From NCBI GenBank assembly GCA_964469955.1, contig CAYXZK010000005.1, forward strand, positions 47,410 to 111,409: a stretch of DNA of 64,000 bases, in the 5' to 3' direction. The DNA comes from an uncultured Candidatus Saccharibacteria bacterium. GTDB taxonomy: Bacteria; Patescibacteriota; Minisyncoccia; Minisyncoccales; GWA2-38-27. Shown here one piece after another: positions 40,538 through 48,151 of this stretch. How positions within the stretch are numbered: the stretch's first letter is position 1; every line of letters begins with the position of its first letter. The translations under genes and the position numbers were made by a program. Under the pieces are notes generated by a model, which had not been told where the DNA came from, did not search any database, and saw only the letters and a program-made list of their open reading frames with translations.

Positions 40538-41797
40538 TCAGAAAAGCGTATTTTGCTGATCCGGATTCTTTCTCTTTGTTTTTGAAAAAATTTCTACTTT
40601 TCCAAAAACTCCGTCATATCCAGGCAATATATTTATTTTCCCCTGCCTAACCCTTATAACCCCTTCAGCAATTTTTGGCAATGTCGCTTTTTCTAAGTCT
40701 TGATATGAAGAATCTAACAAAATTTTAAATTCACTTTCGAATTTTTTAATTAAGTTTTCGTATTCCGCTTTAACCTTTTTAGAGTTAGGCAATGTTCCAA
40801 CGGCTTCAGCGATAATTTCTTTCAAAGGAACTAAGCTTTTAAACGGAATAGCTTTTTTCGGCTTAACTCCTTCTTTTCTGTCTGCTAAGAAATTAATCCT
40901 GTTTAAAACTCCAATTGTTAAGGGTTTCCCGCAAACGGGACAGATGTTATTGTATTTTTCTGATTCCGCGGGATTCAAGCAAACAGCGCAAGCGCGATGA
41001 CCATCGTAATGATATTTGCCTTCTTGCGGAAAAAATTCAATAGTATAGGCAAACTTATTTGAATTCTTAGACTTTAATGCTTCTATGATAGAAAAATAAT
41101 CAAGTTCTGTATCAAAAACATTTGCTTCTCTTCCTAATTTCTCTGGAGAATGCGCGTCGCTGTTTGAAATCAAGGTTATGCTATCTAAAGCTGATATTCT
41201 CCAAAGCATCGGACAATCTGCCGACAATCCTGTTTCTATGGCAAAGATATAATTTGATAGGTCTTCAAAACATTCTTCAATAGAATCAAAACCTGATTTT
41301 GAACCGAATATTCCAAACCAAGGCGTCATGCAATGAGCAGGAACAACTAAACATTCTGGAGAAACGCTTAGAACGATTTTTAGAAGCTCTTTTGCATCTA
41401 ATCCTAAGATTGGTCTTCCATCAGCTTTTAAATTTCCGATCAAGCTAAGCTTATTGTTGATTTTTTCAACTATTTCAAAACTTGGAGCAAAAACCAAAAT
41501 ATGTATTTTCCTAACCCTGCCATTTTTAGAATAAATACAACTAATTTCAGAAGTCAGCATGAAACGAGTAAATTCATTGCCTTCTAAAAAACTTTTTTTT
41601 AACTTAAACAATCCTTTTTCGCATGGCTCGAGTTTATTCCGCAAGTTTTGAAACCATTCTGGATGAGTAAAATCGCCTGTGCCTAAAACTTTTATTCCTT
41701 TTATTTTCGCCCATCTGTCCAAACTTTCTAAGTCCATATTCTTGCTTGTGGCGCGTGAATACTTGGAATGAATATGAAGGTCCGCTATAAATACCAT
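40538..41797 (-). CDS. Endonuclease Q family (PHP domain plus Zn ribbon) DNA repair protein
   Basis: ADLHIHSKYSRATS, GTGDFTHP, ETGLS, SNSDAHS..KLGRE, GKYHYDGHRAC..C, CPVCG, PGYDG.FG. Confidence 0.9.
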   Translation of the reverse strand: MVFIADLHIHSKYSRATSKNMDLESLDRWAKIKGIKVLGTGDFTHPEWFQNLRNKLEPCEKGLFKLKKSFLEGNEFTRFMLTSEISCIYSKNGRVRKIHILVFAPSFEIVEKINNKLSLIGNLKADGRPILGLDAKELLKIVLSVSPECLVVPAHCMTPWFGIFGSKSGFDSIEECFEDLSNYIFAIETGLSADCPMLWRISALDSITLISNSDAHSPEKLGREANVFDTELDYFSIIEALKSKNSNKFAYTIEFFPQEGKYHYDGHRACAVCLNPAESEKYNNICPVCGKPLTIGVLNRINFLADRKEGVKPKKAIPFKSLVPLKEIIAEAVGTLPNSKKVKAEYENLIKKFESEFKILLDSSYQDLEKATLPKIAEGVIRVRQGKINILPGYDGVFGKVEIFSKTKRKNPDQQNTLF

Positions 41798-42004
41798 AAG
41801 TCATTTTTGAATTGTAAAATGTGGTTTTTGTTTAAAATCTTTATCGCAAAAGGCATTTTGCAACCTAAAAATACAAAATTATTCCCAGTTCTTAAGCTGG
41901 GTTAAAACATAAATTTTTCAATATTATGCTTTTAAAGCATATCATTTTTATTAACATATTTCAAGAAAAAACATTGCTTAAGGTTTAAAAACGCATGCAA
42001 CAGG

Positions 42005-42032
42005 TTGACAATGTTTTATGCAACTATATAAT
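42005..42032 (+). promoter_or_regulatory. Consensus sigma70 promoter
   Basis: TTGACA-16 bp-TATAAT upstream of the 40-aa ORF. Confidence 0.75.
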
Positions 42033-42131
42033 AGAAATATATCAGATAAAGGTCGTATCAGAATATAAAATATTTATTTATAATCATTGTAAAACAAAAC
42101 TGCGATTAGTTTTGTTTAAAATAAAATCGTT

Positions 42132-42254
42132 ATGACACAAGACACACTCTATCCTTTATTCGTATCTCAAGATATGCCTGAAGAAGACGGAGAAGAAACT
42201 CCTGACACAGATATGCCTGAAGAAGGCGGAGAAGACGAAGGATCGGTTTTTTAA
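42132..42254 (+). CDS. Unannotated 40-aa acidic microprotein
   Basis: MTQDTLYPLFVSQDMPEEDGEETPDTDMPEEGGEDEGSVF*, flanked by a consensus promoter and a terminator; below the ORF-track size cutoff. Confidence 0.65.
   Translation: MTQDTLYPLFVSQDMPEEDGEETPDTDMPEEGGEDEGSVF
42170..42235 (+). repeat. In-frame 27-bp direct repeat (period 39 bp)
   Basis: AGATATGCCTGAAGAAG(A/G)CGGAGAAGA at 42170-42196 and 42209-42235, one mismatch. Confidence 0.9.
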
Positions 42255-42269
42255 AAAAAACATAGAAAC

Positions 42270-42300
42270 CCAAAAAACACCGCTTGACGGTGTTTTTTGG
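42270..42300. terminator. Bidirectional rho-independent terminator
   Basis: CCAAAAAACACCG-CTTGA-CGGTGTTTTTTGG between convergent ORFs. Confidence 0.8.
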
Positions 42301-42338
42301 TTCCAGCGGAAAATATATAAACTAAATCCACGGATCCC

Positions 42339-42653
42339 TCATTCTTTTTGGTCGTTATAAAGAGAAGATTTTTTAATAATCATCTTATAAATATTCTCCA
42401 AAAAATCACCGCCTGCGTAACCGATAATTAAAGCAAGCGCAGGCGAAAAATAATCTGATTCTAAGAAGGTAATTCCAACTTCTCTAACAGCTATAGCGGC
42501 GATAACTCCAACAACCCCTGATAAAAACATTGTGGTTATAAAATAAGAAAGACGAAATTCAACATTTTTATAAGCAAATTGATGTTTTAAAAATCCAACT
42601 AAACCTCTCAAAACCCCGCCCCCAAAACCAGCGATAAAAATTAATGCATACAT
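42339..42653 (-). CDS. Small membrane protein (about 3 TM), unknown function
   Basis: AGFGGGVLRGLVG, SGVVG and ALIIGYAGGDFLE helices. Confidence 0.75.
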   Translation of the reverse strand: MYALIFIAGFGGGVLRGLVGFLKHQFAYKNVEFRLSYFITTMFLSGVVGVIAAIAVREVGITFLESDYFSPALALIIGYAGGDFLENIYKMIIKKSSLYNDQKE

Positions 42654-42656
42654 AGT

Positions 42657-42782
42657 TTATTTTGATTTATCTTTATTTCGTTTACCTTTAATCCTTGTCT
42701 GCTCTAATCTCTTTGCCAACCCCCAAAATCTACGCAAAGAATTCTTTTCTATTTTTATTTGTTTTTGTTTAGGTCTTAACAT
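42657..42782 (-). CDS. Unannotated 41-aa basic microprotein
   Basis: MLRPKQKQIKIEKNSLRRFWGLAKRLEQTRIKGKRNKDKSK* fills the gap between two genes with 12- and 3-nt spacers. Confidence 0.5.
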   Translation of the reverse strand: MLRPKQKQIKIEKNSLRRFWGLAKRLEQTRIKGKRNKDKSK

Positions 42783-42794
42783 TTGAATTTTGGA

Positions 42795-43124
42795 CTATAG
42801 TTCTAATTTTCTTTGTCTAAAAGTTTTAACAATCTCCTTGACCATAAATTTTCCTGTTTTCGTAAGCGAGAAAAAGGTCTGTGGATTACCGCTAATTAAT
42901 TTCCTTTTTCTTAAAGTTCTCAAAGGCCTATCAATCTTGCGAGAATCAGGCCATTGTGAAATACTTGCAAACCCAAAAATATCAGGACGGAGCGCGAAAC
43001 TTTCTTTCACTAAGTCCTGAAAAGAACATCTTCCTGTATTTTTAGATAGAGAATCTATACATAGAAGAATAAGCTCATTTGTTTTAATCTCCTTGTAAAA
43101 ATCTTGCTTTGTGTTCTTCTTCAT
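42795..43124 (-). CDS. Hypothetical protein, probable winged helix
   Basis: CSFQDLVKESF..RPDIFGF..ISQWPDSRKIDRPLRTLRKRKLISG....FSLTKTG has a wHTH-like helix-wing pattern. Confidence 0.65.
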   Translation of the reverse strand: MKKNTKQDFYKEIKTNELILLCIDSLSKNTGRCSFQDLVKESFALRPDIFGFASISQWPDSRKIDRPLRTLRKRKLISGNPQTFFSLTKTGKFMVKEIVKTFRQRKLEL

Positions 43125-43131
43125 CGTTTTA

Positions 43132-43233
43132 TTAGAAAATATTAATAATTTTCGGTAAGAAATATTCAGCGAGATACCAAATCAAGAAAAGAACTAAAGA
43201 AAGAATAACAATAACATCTAATAATTTTACCAT
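43132..43233 (-). CDS. Unannotated 33-aa single-TM microprotein
   Basis: MVKLLDVIVILSLVLFLIWYLAEYFLPKIINIF* ends 7 nt before the wHTH gene start. Confidence 0.45.
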   Translation of the reverse strand: MVKLLDVIVILSLVLFLIWYLAEYFLPKIINIF

Positions 43234-43349
43234 AATACGCTATTTTTTCATTGTTTTCGTTGTTATTAATTTTAACATATTAAAGAAAATTAACACAACA
43301 TTCCTGAAAATTTAACCGAAGATAGGTTTTAACAATAAACAGACAAGGC

Positions 43350-46025
43350 TTATTTATTAATATTTTTGTCTTTAACGATAAAATACCATTTCGTAATTTC
43401 AATCAAGAACATTGAAATTAGCGCTAGTCCAATTAAAATCGCCCAGCTCCCTATACCTAAAGAAACTGTATGTAAAACGGCCTGTATTGGAGGAAAATAA
43501 ATTGCCGCAGCAAAACTAATAAAAACAATTAAGGACGAAAAAAGCAAAAATCTATTATTAAAAACATCAATCTGCCAAATATTTTTCTTTAAATCTTTGT
43601 AGCAATAAACGACAAACGCAGTGTCTACGCAAAGAGCTCCAAGCACCATTGTCCTGGCATAATCCAAACTTAATCCTAATTTTCCCCAGATAAGCCAAAA
43701 CATGAAGAAAATCAAGAATTCATCAATTAAGCCTGTTGCAAAAATTAAAACTTTCATTTCTTTTGTTAATAAAGAGCTTTTGTTAGAGTTAGGACCCCTT
43801 TTCATTATGTCTTTTTCGTTTGGTTCAAAAGCATAGGCAATACTCGGCAAAGCGTCTTCGACAATATTATTCCAAAGTATTTGAGTCCATAATATAGGAA
43901 TAGGCCATCCTAAAATTATACTTCCTCCAACCAAAATTACCGAAGTAAGAGAATCGGCTAAAATATAACTAATTGCTTTTCTGATATTGTCCAAGGTTGC
44001 TCTGCCTTGTTCAATGGCTTTTATAATGATATCAAAGCTGTTGTCTAACAAGACTAAATCAGCTGTTTGTTTGGCAACATCTGTTCCAGACCCTAAAGCC
44101 AATCCAATATCTGCTTTTCTCAACGCAGGAGTGTCGTTAACTCCATCGCCTGTCATGGCCACGACTTCTCCTATATCCTGCCAAGCCTGGACTACTCTCA
44201 TTTTATGTTTCGGTTCGGCTCTCGCGTAAATTTTTATTTCTACCACCCTGTTTCTTAACTCCTCTTCTGACATTTCATCTAATTCCCATCCTTCTAAAAT
44301 ATTTTTATCTTTTATTTTAATTCCAATCTCTTTAGCAACAAACAAAGCAGTCTGCTTATGGTCACCCGTAATTATTACAGATTTTAGTCCAGCTTGTCGC
44401 GCGGTCCTAAAAGCGTCTTTAACTCCTTCCCTTAAAGGATCTATTAAACTTACAAAGCTCACGAAAGTTATATCCTTGGAATAATCCTCAAGATTTTGCG
44501 TGGTCACGGCTTCTTTTTCTTTTATTTGCTTAAACCCAACAGCAATCACTCTTTTGCCTGTTTTGGTTATCTTGTTCAATTTTTTAAAAAGTTCGTCCCT
44601 TGTTTCTGCATTAATCTTTTTTCGCCCTTTATCCAATTTAACATATGAAGACATTGCTAAAATATTTTCAGGAGCGCCCGCAAAATACAAGAAAAATTTC
44701 TTATCTTTTCGCAATAAAACAGATTCGTATTTTAAAACCGAATTAAAAGAAACTCTTTTGATAATTGAAATTTCTTCATCTGACCTTGGCTTTAAAACTT
44801 CTGCTGTTTTGCCCGCTAAAAGCAAAGCTCTGTCTGTGGACCTGCCCCTAACCTTCCATTCTGCTGGATTATCGTTTGGGTTTTCAATAAAAGCTTCGTT
44901 GCATAAAGTTGAAATCTCTAATGATAAATAATAAAGAGAATTTTCAACCTTTGCTCCAATCTTAAAATCTTTATCAATTGTTACAATCTTATCAGCTTCC
45001 ATGTCTCCTTTAGTAAGAGTCCTCGTCTTGTCAGCGCAAATCACAGAAACAGATCCAAATGTTTCTACTGAAGAAAGTTTCCTAATAAGTCCTTTCTTCT
45101 TAGACAACTTTCCCATTCCGATCGCTAAAATTAACGTCATTACTATGGGCAAAGATTCTGGTATCCCTCCAACCGTAACAGCGGCAGCAATTTCAAACAT
45201 CTCTATTGCGTCTTGACCTTTAATTATTCCCAGAAAAAAAATAAACAGAACGGCTAAGCCTATAAAAACACTTACTGTTCTGGAAAAATGGACTATTTTT
45301 TTCTGTAATGGCGTTTTTTCTTCTTTTGTTTTTTTAACCAAAATGGCAATTTTGCCAGCTTCAGTCTCTTGTCCAACAGAAGTTATGACTGCTTTGCCTT
45401 GTCCTTGCCTTACCAAGCAACCCGCAAAAACCATATTTTTTCTATCCGCCAATCCAATTTTTCCTTTTAAAGTTCGCGTTTTTTTCAAAACAGGTAACCA
45501 TTCTCCCGTTAATGTAGCTTCTGAAATTTCAAGGTTTTCAGATTCAATCAATCTTCCATCGGCAGGAACCTTATTGCCTGAATTAAGCACGACAATATCA
45601 CCCGGAACTATCTGTTCTTGAAAAATTTCTTTTTTATTCCCATTCCTAATAACTATTGTTTTAGTTTTTAAAAGTTTTTTAAGGGTTTCAAAAGTTTTTG
45701 AAGCTTTATTTTCTTCCCAAAATCCAAAAACAACGTTTATCATTATGGCTATAAAAATAAAACAGCTTTCAAGAAGGTTTTGGGGATATTCCTCTAAAAT
45801 TAGAATAATTATTCCCACTATAATTAAAATATAGATAAAAGGATTTCTAAATTGCGCTAAGAAAATACTCACAGCTGTTTGCGGTCCTTTTTGGGGAAGT
45901 CTGTTTTCTCCAAATCTCACTAATCTCTCTTGAGCTTCTTGGTCGCTGAGTCCGTTATCGACATCAGAAGCAAGATTTTCTACTGCTTGTTGCGCGGAAA
46001 TATTATGCCAAAAAATTTCTCTCAT
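43350..46025 (-). CDS. Type II cation-transporting P-type ATPase (non-canonical motifs)
   Basis: VPADGRL, TGEW, PESL, DKTRTLT, DPLR, ITGDH, MTGDGVND; about 10 TM. Confidence 0.92.
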   Translation of the reverse strand: MREIFWHNISAQQAVENLASDVDNGLSDQEAQERLVRFGENRLPQKGPQTAVSIFLAQFRNPFIYILIIVGIIILILEEYPQNLLESCFIFIAIMINVVFGFWEENKASKTFETLKKLLKTKTIVIRNGNKKEIFQEQIVPGDIVVLNSGNKVPADGRLIESENLEISEATLTGEWLPVLKKTRTLKGKIGLADRKNMVFAGCLVRQGQGKAVITSVGQETEAGKIAILVKKTKEEKTPLQKKIVHFSRTVSVFIGLAVLFIFFLGIIKGQDAIEMFEIAAAVTVGGIPESLPIVMTLILAIGMGKLSKKKGLIRKLSSVETFGSVSVICADKTRTLTKGDMEADKIVTIDKDFKIGAKVENSLYYLSLEISTLCNEAFIENPNDNPAEWKVRGRSTDRALLLAGKTAEVLKPRSDEEISIIKRVSFNSVLKYESVLLRKDKKFFLYFAGAPENILAMSSYVKLDKGRKKINAETRDELFKKLNKITKTGKRVIAVGFKQIKEKEAVTTQNLEDYSKDITFVSFVSLIDPLREGVKDAFRTARQAGLKSVIITGDHKQTALFVAKEIGIKIKDKNILEGWELDEMSEEELRNRVVEIKIYARAEPKHKMRVVQAWQDIGEVVAMTGDGVNDTPALRKADIGLALGSGTDVAKQTADLVLLDNSFDIIIKAIEQGRATLDNIRKAISYILADSLTSVILVGGSIILGWPIPILWTQILWNNIVEDALPSIAYAFEPNEKDIMKRGPNSNKSSLLTKEMKVLIFATGLIDEFLIFFMFWLIWGKLGLSLDYARTMVLGALCVDTAFVVYCYKDLKKNIWQIDVFNNRFLLFSSLIVFISFAAAIYFPPIQAVLHTVSLGIGSWAILIGLALISMFLIEITKWYFIVKDKNINK

Positions 46026-46054
46026 ATATTATATTTTGTGTTACTCCCTGTTCT

Positions 46055-47197
46055 TTAATTAAATAAAAAATAAATTATTTCGAAAATAATGCCTAAGGTA
46101 AAAATTCCGATCAATGTATAAAAAAAAGGATGCATTTTTTTAGAAAATTTTTTCTTTAAAAAAGCGCGGTATAAAAAGACGATTAAAATCCCTCCAATTC
46201 CCAGAGAAACAGTTCCTGTAAAGCTTATCACGCTGATAAGCTCCCTAAAACCTAAAAGAAAAAGAATCAATGCCGGAAAGCAAGCCAATCCCCAACTAAC
46301 ATTCTTGGGAAAATTGAAGTCATACCAAAATATCTTCTTTAAAGTCAGACCCAACGCAATAAAAGAGGTAAAGCATGATAGAATTCCGAAAATAAAGCCG
46401 AGCTTTATAAAATCTCCGTTGATTGCTTTATCCAAGCCCGAGATTGACTCTACGGAAGTATCTGGTCCACAAACTCCAAATATAATAAAAATAAAAAAAA
46501 TATAGACAAGGGCAGATATAATAATGCCCCCAAATATCACTTGCCTTAGTTTTGATCTAATCTGCTTTTTGTTTAAATTATTCCCAGCTTTTGCTATCAT
46601 CTCTTTTACTTCAGGAATTATAGAAACTCCCCAAAGAGAAAAGAGAACAACGCCATAAGGTAAGGTTAGGAATCTTATATTAAAATTTTTAAAATGAGCA
46701 ATTTCTATAAAATTAAAACTTTTTATAAAAAAAATAACAAGAACTATGAAAAAAATTCCGAGCAAAGACAATTCAATGCCTGAAATTGTCTTAATTCCTC
46801 GGAAAACTAAATAAGACCCAACGCTAAAAAATAAAATTGAATATAAAACCGAAGTTCCTCCTAAGTAGGAACTAAAGATAGAATTTAAAAATTGTCCACC
46901 GATAATCAAATAGACAATTAAAGTTCCAGTTAACCCAACCCCTATTACGAAAAGAGCGATCTTCTTCCATCTTTTTCCAAAATATTCTCCAACATACCCA
47001 GGTAAACGATGTTTTTCCCTGCTGTTCAAGACTATCTCCGCGTAAATTAAACTAATCGAAATGGCTACAAAAGCCATAAGGATAAAATATATAATTACAA
47101 TAAAAAAACCTGATTTAAAAGCAACGTAGGGCAAAGCAAACATCCCTGCCCCTATAACTGTGCCAAGAAAAACAGAAAGAGTTTTTAAAAAAACCAT
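46055..47197 (-). CDS. Amino acid permease (HAAAP, Trp/Tyr permease-like)
   Basis: GTVIGAGMFALPY, LPYGVVLFSLWG..IIPE, TSFIALG; about 11 TM. Confidence 0.85.
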   Translation of the reverse strand: MVFLKTLSVFLGTVIGAGMFALPYVAFKSGFFIVIIYFILMAFVAISISLIYAEIVLNSREKHRLPGYVGEYFGKRWKKIALFVIGVGLTGTLIVYLIIGGQFLNSIFSSYLGGTSVLYSILFFSVGSYLVFRGIKTISGIELSLLGIFFIVLVIFFIKSFNFIEIAHFKNFNIRFLTLPYGVVLFSLWGVSIIPEVKEMIAKAGNNLNKKQIRSKLRQVIFGGIIISALVYIFFIFIIFGVCGPDTSVESISGLDKAINGDFIKLGFIFGILSCFTSFIALGLTLKKIFWYDFNFPKNVSWGLACFPALILFLLGFRELISVISFTGTVSLGIGGILIVFLYRAFLKKKFSKKMHPFFYTLIGIFTLGIIFEIIYFLFN

Positions 47198-47272
47198 TGT
47201 TCTTTTTTATAAAACCAAATTATAAAATAAAAATAGATGTAAAAATTATTTAATAGATATAAAAACGGAAAT

Positions 47273-47554
47273 TTATATCTTGTACACCTTGTATCCCTCT
47301 CTAACTTTTTCTTTAATTTTCATTCCAATTTCGTCGCCTTTTTTGGCTTTTTTAATCTTTTTGTGCTCAACTTCCATTGATTTAACTTTTTGCTTGAAAT
47401 CAGTCTTCTCTCCCCCAATAACCCTAATAGAGTCTTCTATTGATAAAGGCGCAGACAACTTAATCACAGCTACTTCAACTTTTGCGAAATAATGCACAAT
47501 TTCTCCAATTAATTTTTCTTTTTTTGAAGATATATGAGAAATCTCTTTTGGCAT
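47273..47554 (-). CDS. Small EF-Tu domain-II-like / U32 C-terminal-like beta-barrel protein
   Basis: IGEIVHYFAKVEVAVIKL...DFKQKVKSMEVEH..IKKAKKGDEIGMK...VREGYKVY. Confidence 0.75.
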   Translation of the reverse strand: MPKEISHISSKKEKLIGEIVHYFAKVEVAVIKLSAPLSIEDSIRVIGGEKTDFKQKVKSMEVEHKKIKKAKKGDEIGMKIKEKVREGYKVYKI

Positions 47555-47615
47555 ATTTAAAAATATTATAATCTTATTTTTTAAAATAATGTCTTTAAAT
47601 TACGACCTTTATTCT

Positions 47616-47624
47616 ATTATAGCA
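47616..47624 (-). promoter_or_regulatory. Extended -10 promoter for the 93-aa gene
   Basis: TGCTATAAT on the minus strand, followed by ATAAAGGTCGTA. Confidence 0.55.
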
Positions 47625-47626
47625 TA

Positions 47627-47660
47627 ACTAAAAAACCCTGCATTAACAGGATTCTTTAGT
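47627..47660 (-). terminator. Terminator of the putative ncRNA
   Basis: ACTAAAGAATCCTG-TTAATG-CAGGGTTTTTTAGT on the minus strand. Confidence 0.65.
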
Positions 47661-47791
47661 GAGGGGGATAGGGGCTTAACAAACTTGGTCTCTTCTTCAA
47701 AGCTAAACTGGACATAGCTAGGGATATCCTAAAACCTCCTTCATTAAATCCCTTAGTCCTTTGGGAATATTTTTATCCCTCACCCCCTCAT
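47660..47791 (-). ncRNA. Putative rod-shaped small RNA (6S-like)
   Basis: 5' TGAGGGGGTGAGGG pairs with 3' CCCCTATCCCCCTCA; inner stems CAAAG/CTTTG, GGAC/GTCC, CTAAGGGAT/ATCCCTAG; own promoter and terminator; no convincing ORF. Confidence 0.6.
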
Positions 47792-47796
47792 TTTCT

Positions 47797-47824
47797 ATAT
47801 TATATAACCTAAACCATTTGTCAA
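47797..47824 (-). promoter_or_regulatory. Sigma70-type promoter of the putative ncRNA
   Basis: TTGACA-16 bp-TAATAT (overlapping TATAAT) puts +1 near 47791, at the start of the closing stem. Confidence 0.6.
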
Positions 47825-47873
47825 TATCCTACGTTGGCAGGGTTATGGGAAAAAGCGCGGAAAAAGCGTGAAA

Positions 47874-47903
47874 AAATCTGTGGAATCTAAACTTCCACAG
47901 ATT
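47874..47903 (-). terminator. Probable terminator of tRNA-Arg(CCT)
   Basis: AATCTGTGGAA-TCTAAAC-TTCCACAGATT hairpin followed by T-runs on the minus strand. Confidence 0.55.
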
Positions 47904-47955
47904 TGATTAGTAATTAGTGGCCAGTGACCAGTAATCAATGATTAGTAATATATAA

Positions 47956-48027
47956 TGCCCTCGGCAGGAATCGAACCTACATCAAAGGTTTAGGAAACCT
48001 CTATTCTATCCATTGAACTACGAGGGC
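47956..48027 (-). tRNA. tRNA-Arg(CCT)
   Basis: GCCCTCGTAGTTCAATGGATAGAA...GAGGT-TTCCTAA-ACCTT...GGTTCGATTCC..CGAGGGCA. Confidence 0.95.
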
Positions 48028-48151
48028 GGGAAAATACTATCGTTTGGATTTAACGCTTATGTTTATTGTTTATGTTTAAAATAGCAAGTTTTACACTTGT
48101 TGGCAATGTTTTTTATGGTAGAATACAAACAATAATTTATACTATACTATT

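Noticed and set aside
42170-42235. 27-bp direct repeats as a mini CRISPR array
   Set aside because: Only two copies with a 12-bp gap, in frame within an ORF, and no cas genes
47660-47791. tmRNA or SRP RNA identity for the structured RNA
   Set aside because: It has GGGGGTGA near the start but no T-arm or CCA end and is too short for tmRNA; no SRP domain IV motif is visible
47848-47903. DnaA-box-like TGTGGAA/TTCCACA and GGAAAAAGCG repeats as a replication origin
   Set aside because: Only two boxes, each with two mismatches, forming a hairpin better explained as the tRNA-Arg terminator; no dnaA or dnaN nearby
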